A DNA stretch of 64,000 bases from positions 62,001-126,000 of the forward strand of contig JAHLWZ010000801.1 of the NCBI GenBank assembly GCA_020536535.1, given 5' to 3'. The notes beneath the pieces were generated by a model. That model made no database searches. It saw only the letters and a list, made by a program, of their open reading frames with translations, and was not told the DNA's origin. The DNA comes from Pelomyxa schiedti (taxonomy: Eukaryota; Protista; Evosea). Below are positions 51,334 to 63,339 of the stretch, piece by piece; positions within the stretch are counted from its first letter, which is position 1; each line of letters opens with the position of its first letter. The position numbers and the translations under genes were made by a program.

Positions 51334-53355
51334 CTAGCATAAGACTGTCTTGAGAGCAACAGGAAATCCAAGCTCAGAACAGAAAAGAGGAACCCAAAAT
51401 TGCCTGGTGTAGGGTCCACAGCAGCGGGAGTTGAACAGGTTCATCAGCCAGTGGTGATCATGTTCTTTTGTTATTGGCATTCTATCTTCGGCTCCCTTGG
51501 GCCATTCAATACCACAGTGGTTCATAAACTCAGGGTAGAGGGCAGTTCCTGCAGGGCCGGCCCAGTCGAAATCTATCACAAGGTACTTCGTTCAACAGGG
51601 AAGAATGTTGGGCTCCCTCAAGTCTCCATGCACATAACCATGGCTATGAAAAATCCCCATTGCTTTCAGTAAGGCCACTTCAGCTTGCTTTGATGCATTT
51701 TCTTTCTAAAAATAAAAAGGTGGAATAGTTTTTACCTCCGAGTTGCTGAGCGCCTTGGTCTCAATGTACTCCATGGTCCGTAAATTTAACGACAAGGCGA
51801 GCTTTTGTGGTAGCTTCCTGTGCCAGGAAAACAGGCTTTTGACTATTTGGGGCCAGGCGGTTCAAATATCGAACAGTGAACTGATGGAAGTGAGTGAGGA
51901 GCGGGAATCAAAGTGCACTTGGTTTATGTGAAAACAAGATTTTAAAGGAAGTGAGATACGGCCAACGTAGTTCATCCCCAGGACCAGGTACCGGTGGCAC
52001 AGTCAAGCCTCTATAATGCTTCTGCAAATTCGATACACATGTGCGTATTCTCGAAAACACTCGAGCAACGTCTTCATTACCTCTCCAGTGGTAACTGTTG
52101 GTCATGAGAACTGGGGGACAAAGTGGATCAACAAGTACTCGCTCTATTACAGAGTTAGAACTAAATAAGGGAACAGACAAAAGATAACCTTCGCCAAAAC
52201 ATGCTCCATTGACAAACAGAGAGGAACCAACAACCTCAAGTAGCAAACATGGACAGCAGGACAAACACAAAAGGTTGGGCATAAGACTCTGGGTGTAGTA
52301 AGCTGCAACCTCGAATAAACTTTCTTTTCACCCCCTATTCGATTGAAACTCAGCAAGTTAAGACACCGTGGTAGTTATGTAATACCTTCACCCTTCTGGT
52401 TTTTTGTTGTTTGAAGTAATATCGGAACAGTAGAGCCATCTTGGAGTTGGGCGTTCACTAGAAGGCTGTGATAGCGTCACGCCTGGCCCTAAAAGCACGG
52501 ACATCTGGTTATTAAAACAATCCCGGCGTTGTCCCTCATAACCATAGAGATCAGACATGCATACAATCATATCTCGTGCAAAACGGAAATCTGAAAAGGG
52601 ACAGTGATTAGGTCACTGATTGGGGGAAGGGGGAAGGGCCATGCCACGTGAGCCAAGATTCACATTTGAGTCCACAAAACAATCAAATACATCTGTGTAG
52701 AGGTGAACACTCACATCAAGATTGGTATCCGGATAATGGGTGATAAGACTTGGCGCTGTACAGTGTGACTTGGAGAAGCCAGAAGGAGGCCAGGTGTGAG
52801 TTTTGATGGGTTTCAGAATCTCCTCGATATATTGCATGTATCGATGCGATGGCTTGCGATCTTCCGAGTTTTCTTTGCCCTTTGTGTCGGCAGCTGCGAG
52901 CTTCTGTTGAAGATCTGTACTGTGCGCCTGAAGCTCACTACATTGCGACTGAAGCTCACTATAGTGCGACTGAAGCTCATCTACTTTCCGCCTCAACTCC
53001 TGTTCAGTAATCGCGGCAGTCAATGTCGACACGATGGCAGCGCTCACTGGGGTTCCCTTTTGATTTGTTGCTGTTGCTGCCGCGGTTGTCGTTGCCGCCC
53101 GACGCTTTGCTGCTTTTTCTACCTGTCTCCTTTGTTGCACACGCATCGTCGCTGTCCTTGTCGCTGGTGGGATGCGCGGCTGTGGGGACGAGCAGCTCTC
53201 GGCCGAAGACTCGATAGTTGCAGGAGGATGGGGATGTGTAGCGGGCGCAGCAGTGGCAGGCCCGCCCCGCCACGGCCCCTGGCTCCGCCATTCGTAGTCG
53301 TCGTCGAAGCGGCTGTGCTTGTGCCTCTACGCGCAGCGCTCCTCTTCTTTGTCAT
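51334..53355 (-). pseudogene. Disrupted Crinkler/fungal-type REase-like plus atypical kinase gene
   Basis: Kinase HGYVHGDLREPNIL, IDFDWAG...YP...WP...ITKEHD; upstream SCCPCLLLEVVG...VLVDPLCP. VVKFT joins MEYI out of frame at about 51775, and a second frame break lies near 52458. Confidence 0.65.
52928..52982 (-). repeat. 21-bp coding tandem repeat, about 2.6 copies (ELQSHYS/ELQSQCS/ELQA)
   Basis: ctgaagctcacta-cattgcga / ctgaagctcacta-tagtgcga / ctgaagctcatct on the + strand. Confidence 0.8.
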
Positions 53356-53999
53356 GCGGTGAGAACTTTTTTCTCGGTGAAGGGTGACCAACTACATTCA
53401 CAGAACCAGGGAGTTCATGCTCAACAAGACACCAGCCAACCGACCCACCTTATGAGCTCCCTGTGTATCGGGTACCTCGTCATTACAAAGATGTGTATGA
53501 GCAAAGATAACACAGAAAAACAACATCGTTGTTCTGCCCGCAACGACCCTCACCCAGGCCACGCCTCTTACAGAACCAAAAGCAGGTTGAATGGGTACTT
53601 TCCCAACAAGCTGGATCTGGAATATAAACGTTCGAAACATCAAAAATGTCGAATTGTGCATTCTAGGATCATAATAATAACCCTCGCTCGGATTCTGTGC
53701 GTTATCGTGAAACCGTTACAATTTCATTTATTAAATTAAAATTGGTTTTCAATTTGCCACTCTCCCCTCGCTTTCGAACAAGAACGAAGGCCTTCGACGT
53801 TGTCGGTCTTTCGAACAACTGAGGTTGGTTTACGTTCCTCGAACCGACGCGGTTTCGCGTTTTTTCTCCCTTTCGTTATTAAGTTCACGATGTCGTTTTT
53901 TATGGTAGGTTTTCCTATGCGTTTTTTTTTTACCTCTTAACTAAGCTTAGCTTGGTTTTTTTTTTTCTGATTGCATTACAGCAACACCAGTAGAACACG

Positions 54000-55175
54000 A
54001 TGTCAGGGGTTGTTAATGGCTCTTCGGTGATGCGCTGTGGGCCACTTTCCGTCCCACGGAAGCGCTTCCCGGAGGAGCTGGATTCTCTAAGTGAAGAGGA
54101 AGTAGATGATGAAGAAGAGGATGAGGATGCTCCTCAAGGAGAGACCGAGGACGAGGAGTACCACCCCCACCATATCTTATTTTCCCTCACATCTTCGTCT
54201 TGAATGCCATTTCACCCTCATTCACTATTACACAGTGACCTTACCGATGCTGCCGTATTACTCTTAAAGCTGTCTCAAAGTCCCACCGCACCAGCTACCT
54301 TACATACCCCTGTACCTCACCCCCCAATGCCAGCTCCAAAGCCTAAGCGCCAACGCACTAGCCCCGAGCAGTTAGACCTGCTAGAAATGATGTTTCAAAC
54401 AAATACCATGCCAAACCAACAGACACGGCTTCACCTTGCTGCAGAGTTGGGAATGTCCACGCGCAGGATACAGATATGGTTTCAAAACAAACGCGCAAAG
54501 GTGCGACGTACATCAATGAGACAAGACGTTGTGGTACCAAAACCCCTGCAACCACCTCTACCAGTGCAACAGCTCCCGACCACAACCAGTCAGCAGAGTG
54601 GTATTCAACAAACATTACAGAAGCACCAACAGAAGTGTGTGGGTGCACCCACATCACCACTGTTGTCACCAACTGTGCTATCCGGCACACCAATATCAAA
54701 TGTGTTTACTACAACACTTCCGCTGAGCTCTTCTGTTACTTCTACTACAGCCTCACATACCGCCGCCATACACACCAAGTCTGGGCTATCCTCTTCTCCC
54801 CCTAACGGGATTGAGGACATCACATCCCCATGTGGTTCTCCACCCTCTACCGCCCGTAATGGCCCAACTCGCAACTTTTCCTCCTCCCTTGCCTCCATGC
54901 TTTCACTTAGCATACCGCCCACCACTGCAAACAACTCCCTCCCCCCCAGTATCACTGTCACCCCACCACCAACTCCCAAACCCTCAGCAGCCGCAGTAGC
55001 AGCAGCCGTTGCCGCCGCGGTAGCAGTTGCAGTGAAACCCCCGCCAACAGCAAGCCCATCCTCCCCTTCCACAAATGCAACAACCCCCAGCTGCTCTACT
55101 CCCGGCACAGCAATATTGCCTTCCTTGGAGCAACAAGGCCTCCTGTCTGTGGGAGGCTCTTTTTTGAGGTACTAG
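54000..55175 (+). CDS. Homeodomain transcription factor (Q50 class) with one intron at about 54158-54234
   Basis: PKRQRTSPEQLDLLEMMFQTNTMPNQQTRLHLAAELGMSTRRIQIWFQNKRAKVRR; acidic N-terminal tract; S/T/P/A-rich C-terminus. Confidence 0.92.
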
Positions 55176-55299
55176 TAGAAGAAACGAATTTTTTCCTCCC
55201 CTTTCCAAAAGCTCAACCTTGCTTGAACAGCAGCAAGTTTAACTTACTTGCCAAGGTGTTTGATATTTTAATGAATTGATTGAATGATTGGTTGTACTT

Positions 55300-58200
55300 C
55301 TAACTCTTTGTTGAAGAGGGGGTGGGGGAGGCTGATGGTGTTTCCTGCTTTGGCGGAAGGGCCTCAGCTCTCCCACTGACTCCTCCACCAGAGCTCTTTG
55401 CCTTCGTTTCAGCCTCCAGCAGGGCTGACAGCCTGTTTCCGCCTGCTCTCAGCCTGAGCATGTTCAATACAAGGGTTGATACAACTTCGGCTGCCGATTC
55501 TGGGTCTTGACCCCCAGAGTAGATACTGTTGACCACATTGTATTCCCACCCACTGGGTGATGCACCTTTGTTGTGCCGTAATGCTGCATTTCGTGTTTCT
55601 GGATCAGTTATGTGGTAGGCAACATAAGCACTGAGTGCGCGGGAGGCATCAGCGCCGCCTCCGGGGCGTTCGCCTACGAGCATAACCACAACTTTGGGGT
55701 TGAGAATGGCCCCAAGGTCCTCTATCAGCTTCACGCGGGCGTATCGGGCAACTATGAGTTTTCCCAGGCGTGCGCTATGGACTCATTCAGAAAACAAAAG
55801 CGGACAAATTTAGAGATACCCGGAAGCTTTTAGAGTCTCTTCAAGAATAGGCAACATAATTGGTACATTGTAATGTATGGCTTCGGCACTCAGGCCGTCA
55901 GATATAACAATCTATTGCATCTTGTTAACTTGGTGATGAAGATAGTAAGAGAACCTGAATGTCCATACTCTCTGCAGTTAATTTTGTTCTTGAAGTGGGA
56001 TCCAACTTCTGCCCAAGAATGGGATCTCCCAAGTACTTTTCCTTGGAAGGAGCTTGGGTTCCAATAATACGGAACCTGAACAGGTTGGTTCAAGTGGAAA
56101 AAGGGCAATCCATACTCAAAAGCAGAGAGCTTGGCTAAATTTAATTCGGAAAAAACAGCCTCCTTTGCGATTTCCATATCTTTGTATGTGAGGGGTGACG
56201 TTGTGTCTGAGAGATGGTATACTTGCGCGCATAGTTCGTTGAACCTTATTAGCAGGGCAGGGTCCTGCACTTTCAAGCCCCCAAAGCATGTTGGTGGGCT
56301 AGCGAAAACATAAACCCAAGGAAGGAAACGAGGAAGAGAAACCTTCTTTAGCCTCTGGAATTCTTCTTCATTTTCACAGAAGATTCTTGGGTTCCCCCAG
56401 TTGGGACCACGCTTGATTAGACCATCCTTTTCCACAAATATGCCTCGTTTGATACCCCATTTTGCAAACTCTGCTGCCGGTTGCAGTGCATGCACCTGAA
56501 AGTGGGTGTTACATTTAGATTCGTGTGACGACTCAGGTTCGGTTACCTCCCGCAGAGTCTGCACGTTATGGCCACTTGTTGTAAAATAGCCAAGCATCCT
56601 ATCAGAATTCTTGAGAGAACAAAGTCAGTTGAAGTTACATTTGTGCTTTGTACTAACCAAGTATACATCCATAAAAAATGCTGTTCCAGCAGCGGTGCAC
56701 AACTGTGTAGCCATCTATTGGTAGACATTAGGGTTTACATGAGAATTCAGAACAAGATTACTTGCTGAGCTTCGATAGTAATTTGTGAATGCAAAGTAAA
56801 GCACGGATCCATGCCCATTGGAAGCCCCAGAACTTTGCCACAGAAGTTATCTTGAAGACTAGAAACAATAAGTTGCATGCTGTCCTTATGAGTTTCTGGG
56901 CCAATAAAGCCTGTGAAGCTAAGTTATTTTAAATTTGACCATAAAGGGAGAATATCTCCAAATGACATACCTGTTACGTTATTGACCATAAAGGGAGAAT
57001 ATCTTCTTGCAAGTCCATACTTCAAAGCCTTTGGTTGTTGATGAACATTGAGTACGAAACAGAAATAGACAAACCTCGCAAGTTGTCATATCAATTCCAT
57101 TGTTTTTTCCATAGGTCATTTCACTGGAGGTGCAAGTAAGCTACAAAGAGACACCCACGCGAATACCTTCCTTGACCTGTCTCAAAATACATGAAATTCT
57201 TTGTTATACCAGTTCTTTTTGCATTTCTCAGCATTGTATAATAAGCACTGTCAAGCAAGTCAACAGTGACATCAAACTCCTCGGATAAAACGCGATCTGT
57301 CCCTGCAATACTTTGGAACAAGATGTCCAAAGGAGCACCTTTGAAGGTGAATAGTTGTATTGTGCAATAAAACTGGAACCTCGCTCAATGCAAGCCAATT
57401 GTGTACGAACATGTCCTAATGTGCAAATTTGTGTAGGAATATCAAATTTCTCCCGGATTGAATTGAGGCGAGTAAGTACTCGAGACATGCTGTCAGGTGT
57501 GTCAATTGCTGGATTAACTCCAATGAGGCAGTCACCAACTCCCATTGAGAGTCCCACGTATCTAATTATGTCAGTACCCATTTTCCTCACTGCAACACTA
57601 CTGGATAAAGTATGCAGACATAATTGATTTTGTTATAACATTAAAATTCCAGTAGTGAATGGTAGAACATACAAGAAGCAACAAGATAAACACACGTTAG
57701 GAAGGAAATGCCATCAACATCATCCATTTGGTGATTGGGTTGAAGTCGGGCAGAAAGAGTGCCAGGAACACCTAATGTGGATCTAGCTTTTGATGGGAAT
57801 GATATTCGCTTTGGTACGCAAATCAACTCATGAATATCCATTAACTTAGCAACTGCAGCAATCATGACACCTAGCAAGAGGGGAAAAAAAAGTGAGGGAG
57901 GCTGAAATGGCTTTGAACCTCAACCTGTTAACCCTCGCCCAACTCTCGCAATCTCTGGTGCATCACTGTTCAACAAATCTGGTGTGAACGTTAACAAAGA
58001 ATTCCCTGATTTGGCAGAAGGACTATGAGCTCACGGTCTTTTAGCTGACCCACTGTCATGTTACGAATAGTTGGCCATACATCCATATCAAGATCGTAGT
58101 TCACACGCATAACAGAGTCAACTTGGCCTCTTTCATCCAGTAGTGGGTGATCATATCTAGATACAGGGAGAGCAATTGAGAACCAAAAGGAAAAGAAAAA

Positions 58201-58431
58201 AAAAAAACCGCGATGCCGGTGGTGTGGGAGTGTGGGCTACATGTGCTGAAGAGTGAGGCCGCTCAGTGCCTGCCTCGCTGCCTCTCGTCCCACATGTGTG
58301 ACAATGACGAGGCCTTGATCGCCCGACTTGGCAAAGTCGGCAGCAGCAAGAAGTTGCTTCAGACCGTCGAAGTTGTAAGTGTGTCCAAACAGTTCAAAGG
58401 AGTATCTCTCGTCAGGCTGTGGTGGGGGCAC
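55300..58431 (-). CDS. eutBC: Fused ethanolamine ammonia-lyase large and small subunits (EutB-EutC), AdoCbl-dependent, roughly 15-17 introns
   Basis: EutB: YNFDGLKQLLAAADFAKSGD, SARLQPNH, GDCLIGVNP, FQSIAGT, YFETGQG, VNNVTGFIGPE, GKVLGLPMGMDPCFT, MLGYFTTS. EutC: GLESAGPCP, AKEAVFSEL, KYLGDPILGQKLD, IVISDGLSAEAI, ARYARVK, LVGERPG, LSAYVAY, NSIYSGG. No stop between the halves after manual splicing. Confidence 0.92.
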
Positions 58432-58986
58432 ATAAATTCTATCGAGCTCTTTCAGCCTCTGTTAATAATAGATTCGGAGGGGGAAAAGTCAATACAACAT
58501 TACATGTGTTACTGGTTGCCAAATTAAAAAAAAAAAGAAATCACCAAATGCAGAGTGGTTTCAACGGCGGAGACAGGCCTGGAGGCAGCATGATCTACAG
58601 TCGGAGGCACGACTGTGACAACTGTCGAGGTTGTTTTTGCTTCGGAAGTCATGGCCCTACCCCGGTGTTGCAATTAAGTAGAGAGATCAAAGTTTCTTCC
58701 TGCGATTTCGTTCCTCGCTGTTTCTCGAAACCTTCAATTCATCACTTTCTTCGGTTCAGGCCTCAACAGGCAGTTGTGCGTGGCTCGTGGGGGTTCGAAC
58801 AGCTCGCTCTGTAATTCGGGAAACTCTCGGTGAGTTGACTCCACAGATCCTCTGTGAGACGATCACTTTTCCCGGATCGAAAAGGGGAACGACTCCTTTG
58901 GAGAAAAAGTTCATTGACTTCTTGATATTTTCCCTCGGTGTTTGGGGAGCGTACAAAAAGACGACGGTGGGTGCGAAGACCGATCA

Positions 58987-60270
58987 ATGTCGAGTGAAGG
59001 CAGTGAGAGTTCCTACATAGATCCAGTTCATACTTTATCCTTCACTTTGCGGATTGTTTCTATCTTCACAATTCTGCTTTGTGGTTGTGCTGGTGCGTTA
59101 AAGTTGGCGTTATTTCTTTCCCTCATTTGGGTTTTCGCAAGGTGTCTCCACGCCGTTGATATTACGAGGATGTACTAAACTCTCCGCTGACCACATGATT
59201 TTTATGTTGGGGAAGACGTTTGGCGCTGGCGTCGTTATTGCCACAGCCTTTATTCATATCATGCCATCCGCTCAGGAGTTGTTGGCCGAATGTTGGCCAG
59301 ATGTATGCTACCCGAATTCCAAAAGCTACAGCCCATCTTAAAATAACTTCAAGGTAGAATATCCTGTATCCTTGTTGATTTCTATGGTCTCTATAATTCT
59401 TGTGCTTCTTCTTGAGCAAGCAATCTCTCACGCTTTAAAATCCCTCACCAGTCCTGGAAAGAGAAAAAATGATGATGACTATTATGTTAGTGGCCTTTCT
59501 TCAAATCCGTTCCATTCCCCTCCCCCTAAAGGCTTGAAGGCGGACACTCGCACTACAACACTCAATACACTACATGCACCTTTGTTTCATTCAAGACAGA
59601 ATATACAGTATAAACATCTGGTAGAAGAGGGAAATGATGCTACAGCCAACCAGGCCCATGCTCCTGAACATGAACATGAACACGAACATGAACACCATGG
59701 TCATGAACATGCACTGCTCAGTGTGTTTTACATTACAAGCATAATTTCACCAACTTCGTGCTCAAATCTTGCATAGAACCTGGAGTTACAGTTCAGGCAT
59801 ATGTTGTGGCTCATGTACTTGAATTTGGAATTGCATTACACAGTATAATCATTGGAATGGCCTTGGGTGCTTCAACCGATGAATCGGACGTACAAGCACT
59901 GCTCATTGCGTTGACATTCCATCAGTTCTTTGAAGGCATAGCCCTGGGTGTAAGTGTCTCTGAAGCACAACTGTCCGTACCAAGACAGCTCTTCATGATC
60001 ACTGTATTCAGCATCACAACGCCATGCGGAATAGCCCTTGGAATCGGCCTTTCACTCATCAACGAAGCGGACTCTTATCAGTCTCTTCTCACCCAAGGAC
60101 TTCTAGACAGTGTGAGTTGTGGAATTTTAATCTTTATGTCCCTAGTGGACATGGTGGCTGAAGACTTTCACAAAGAAATTCTGGATAAAAAGCCACTACT
60201 ACGATACTGGCTTTTATTGGCCATGTCATTGGGTGCTGCAGCCATGGCTGTAATTGGGTTGTGGGCCTAA
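58987..60270 (+). CDS. ZIP (ZRT/IRT-like) metal transporter
   Basis: KTFGAGVVIATAFIHIMP; His-rich loop HEHEHEHEHHGHEH; VLEFGIALHSIIIG; FHQFFEGIALG; multiple TM helices. Confidence 0.93.
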
Positions 60271-60374
60271 ATCTAATAAAAAAGTATTTTTGCCAATGTT
60301 TAAAAAAAAAATCCTCTTTCTTTTTGTTGCCAACAAGCACAAAACGAGGGACTGTGTTCCTCCTTGGTGGCAGT

Positions 60375-61500
60375 TTAAGTTTTCTTCAACAACCTTTTCC
60401 GTTCCTTGAGGTCAACTGGTCCACATGTGTCAGGGACTCCAGTATGCCAAGTTTTTTTCTCTGGGTTGTGTGTGGCCTTCCATGTTGGGTAGTTGAGGCA
60501 AGCTTTGTGGAGTGTGTCAATGATGGACGGTGCGATCATGCGAGTGCATTGGTTCACGAGGAAAACTGGTACAGCTCTACACTTGAATGTGGGAGAAAAT
60601 CAAATTTGAGTAGGCTGTACCCGTTCCAGTCGTTTTGGGCTATATAGTTCAGGGAAACCCCGGCACCTTTCTTTTTGATTTGGTATCCAGAAAGCAAACT
60701 TCTGGCCCTGGTTTCTAGTTAATTCCATAAAAAAAAGGTCCAACTGTTTACCGGACACGATCTGTATTTCAAGGTTAGTTTAGTAACAAATTGATGGCGA
60801 GAAGACCTTTCGTTTCTGGCCAGTCAGGGTGTGCAACTGACCGGCTGTACATGATGGATTCTTCGGCGTTGAATGGTCCCCAAAGATACTGTACCGTATG
60901 TCAAAGGTGTGATATGAAATAGAAGAGATACCAGGAGAACCCAGTCTCGAGGACGTAAAGGATTCGGCATCTATCAAAATTTACAGGAAGAATGCATTTA
61001 GTGTCGTGTACCTTAGCGGCATAATAGCAGTACTCTACGTAAGGGCACGGGTTAGCAATTGACTGAGACCTGGTGCGGTGCTCGTCCCATTCCTTGGTAT
61101 TTTGTGAGGTTTAGCACAAGATAGTATGTTCAAGGTGTACCCAGCCAAAGGCAGTATCGAGAACGACGTCATACATAACTTCAGGAGGTACGTCCTCGAA
61201 CTCCGCATAAAGTTTGAGCTGTAGAACTTCGGAATCGGGTGTCTTTGTACATGCATGTTAGGGAGGAAGCGAAAAAGGAGAAAAAGGAAAAGGGGAGAGA
61301 AAGGGTACCTTTTTCGTCCACACGGACAGGTTGTACTTGGCTTCTTTGTTTTGTAACTCCCAACCAGTTGAGTCACCGCAAATCGCTCTGAAATCGTTCA
61401 ACTCCTCCGTCGTCACGGAGTGAGATCTCAGCCCCGGTGTGCCGCTCGCCGACGCGCTCGCCGTTGTTGTACTACTAGATGTTGTGGATGTTGCCGCCAT
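60375..61500 (-). CDS. START-domain lipid transfer protein (STARD10/PCTP-like)
   Basis: TGWELQ...LSVWTKK, EFEDVPPEVMYDVVLD, KEWD, RARSLLSGYQIK, NYIAQNDWNG, APSIIDTLHKACLNYPTWKATHNPEKKTW. Confidence 0.82.
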
Positions 61501-61734
61501 GCAGAACTAGTATCAATAGATCAGACCTTACACCCTCTTTATGATCTCTCTCGTTACGGTGGGCGTCGCACCCGAGATCGTCGCTGATCGCGATGGCTTA
61601 GTTTGAAAAAATGACAAACAGAAAAAAAATACAATCCCGTACCCAGAAAATTTGTTTATCGCCTGTCGGCCGACTTCCACTAAAAAAATTCCTTCTAGAG
61701 TTTTTGTTGGATTTTTTTGTTTTTTTTCCCCCTG

Positions 61735-63255
61735 CTAGTGCTGAGAACCAGGGGTATGCAGTGATTCTTTTCTTGTGCAAGTGTTGCATGAACTGCGGTG
61801 TTTTGCCCAGTGTTGTTTCTGGCATTCCTGTGAAAGGAATGAGTTATTTTGAACCCCCGGTACTATTATTATGTAATGCAGTAGGGAGCAAATGGGCTAT
61901 GATAAATAGTCAACCTTTGAACAGTAGGTGGCGGCCATGCAACCACCACAGCGAAGAGGTTTCCCTAGTACAACTCGGCACTGATGGCACCGGTGTAAGT
62001 GTAGGCCTATAACTGCACTAGCCAGTTCTTTTCCACCTGACCACAAATTTGTGCCACTTGTCTTGCTAGTCGCACAAATAGTCGTGGTGCTGGTGGTGCT
62101 GGGCGTGGTTGTTGCTGTTTTGGTTGCGGATGAGGTGTTTTGAACTGACGCGGGATGCTTAGTCTTAGCCGGTTGTGCTTGTGGCGCAGAATCGGTAAGG
62201 TAGTTTGGTAGTTTTAGCTTCATGTAGGTGGCGTCTGTTCTTTTTTTGGAGTCTGTGTAGATTTTAGGTTGGGATTTAGGGAACACAAGGAAAGGACAAG
62301 AGCACAAAGCGTTGAGGGAGAAAATTCATAACGGCACACACAGACAGGAAAGCATCATGTATACAGACTGACCCATTGATATATCATTGATAAAGTAACC
62401 CACCCTGCTAGCCAGAAGTCTAAGCTTCACTAAGTCGGCTCTGCAGCGTGTGAGATCTCGCCACTCTGGGTGGATAGTGGGAGTCTGCTGTGTCACAAGG
62501 AGTACACGCACATTTCCGGCTATGTCCGTCCAGAAACGGTAATATCTACATGAATTAGAAAGCTCCTCTTGCCGTTGATAATTACCTTCCGTATTGAGTA
62601 AAATTTACTGCTGTTTGGGTGAAATCGTTGTCAAGAGATAGGAATGCTGAACTGTAACAGTTATCTACAAGCTCACTCATCCCTTTCCCCTATTGGCGTA
62701 ACTGAGGTAAAAGCAACTCGTAGGCAAATGAATCACCTTTACAATGATGGCACCACTGACAATCGACCCAATCAGTAGTGTGTGAGTCCATTTCACACAC
62801 AATATGTCAGTTGGGTCAATTGAATCCGTTACCTGAAACCAAGGAGGTTCAGGAAAGTTCAAGTCATCTAAGAAATTGGTGGATTTAAGATGCAACAACA
62901 CTTTTTGGTGCATACATTGGAGAGGTGGCGGACCTCTATCGATACACATCATCTGAAGTCCGATTCCGTTGTCACTAGGAGTGCCATAACAGGTTCTCCT
63001 CACTGCAAACAACAGCTTCAGCCATCCACTGTGTTCGCATTGAGTGCATCCTACTTCGCCAAGGCCTCGTGGAAACTGACTCCATTGTGTAGCTTCACAA
63101 ACTGGGCAAGTACAACAAAATTGTATGTCTTCGATATAATTTTTTGGAGTACTTGGATCCTTTTGTGGTTTGTAAGCTGGATAAACATCAGACAATGTGG
63201 TACCTGAAACCACTGCTGATTTGTGATTCGAGATATCAGGAGTCTTGGCCACCAA
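61735..63255 (-). CDS. Protein with an N-terminal CxxC...CxxC region and a C-terminal MYND zinc finger (5' end uncertain)
   Basis: RCHQC...PLRCGGCMAATYCSK spliced to ECQKQHWAKHRSSC; upstream CPVC...CTQC. Confidence 0.7.
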
Positions 63256-63339
63256 CTGTATGTTGGTCTGAAATCAGGGTTTTTGTGCTTTGTGTGCTGT
63301 GGGTGTTGATGAAGAGGCACACTAGTGTGATAATGTTGG

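Noticed and set aside
55300-58431. Bacterial contaminant or endosymbiont origin for eutBC
   Set aside because: The gene is split by many GT-AG introns like its neighbours and is flanked by eukaryotic homeobox and ZIP genes.
58780-58820. ggttcgaa T-loop-like motif
   Set aside because: No complementary T-stem or acceptor stem; it is in the eutBC/ZIP intergenic region.
59355-59375. atatcct/gtatcct U12-type donor-like motifs
   Set aside because: They fall in the ZIP coding frame (EYPVSLLISM), where no intron is needed.
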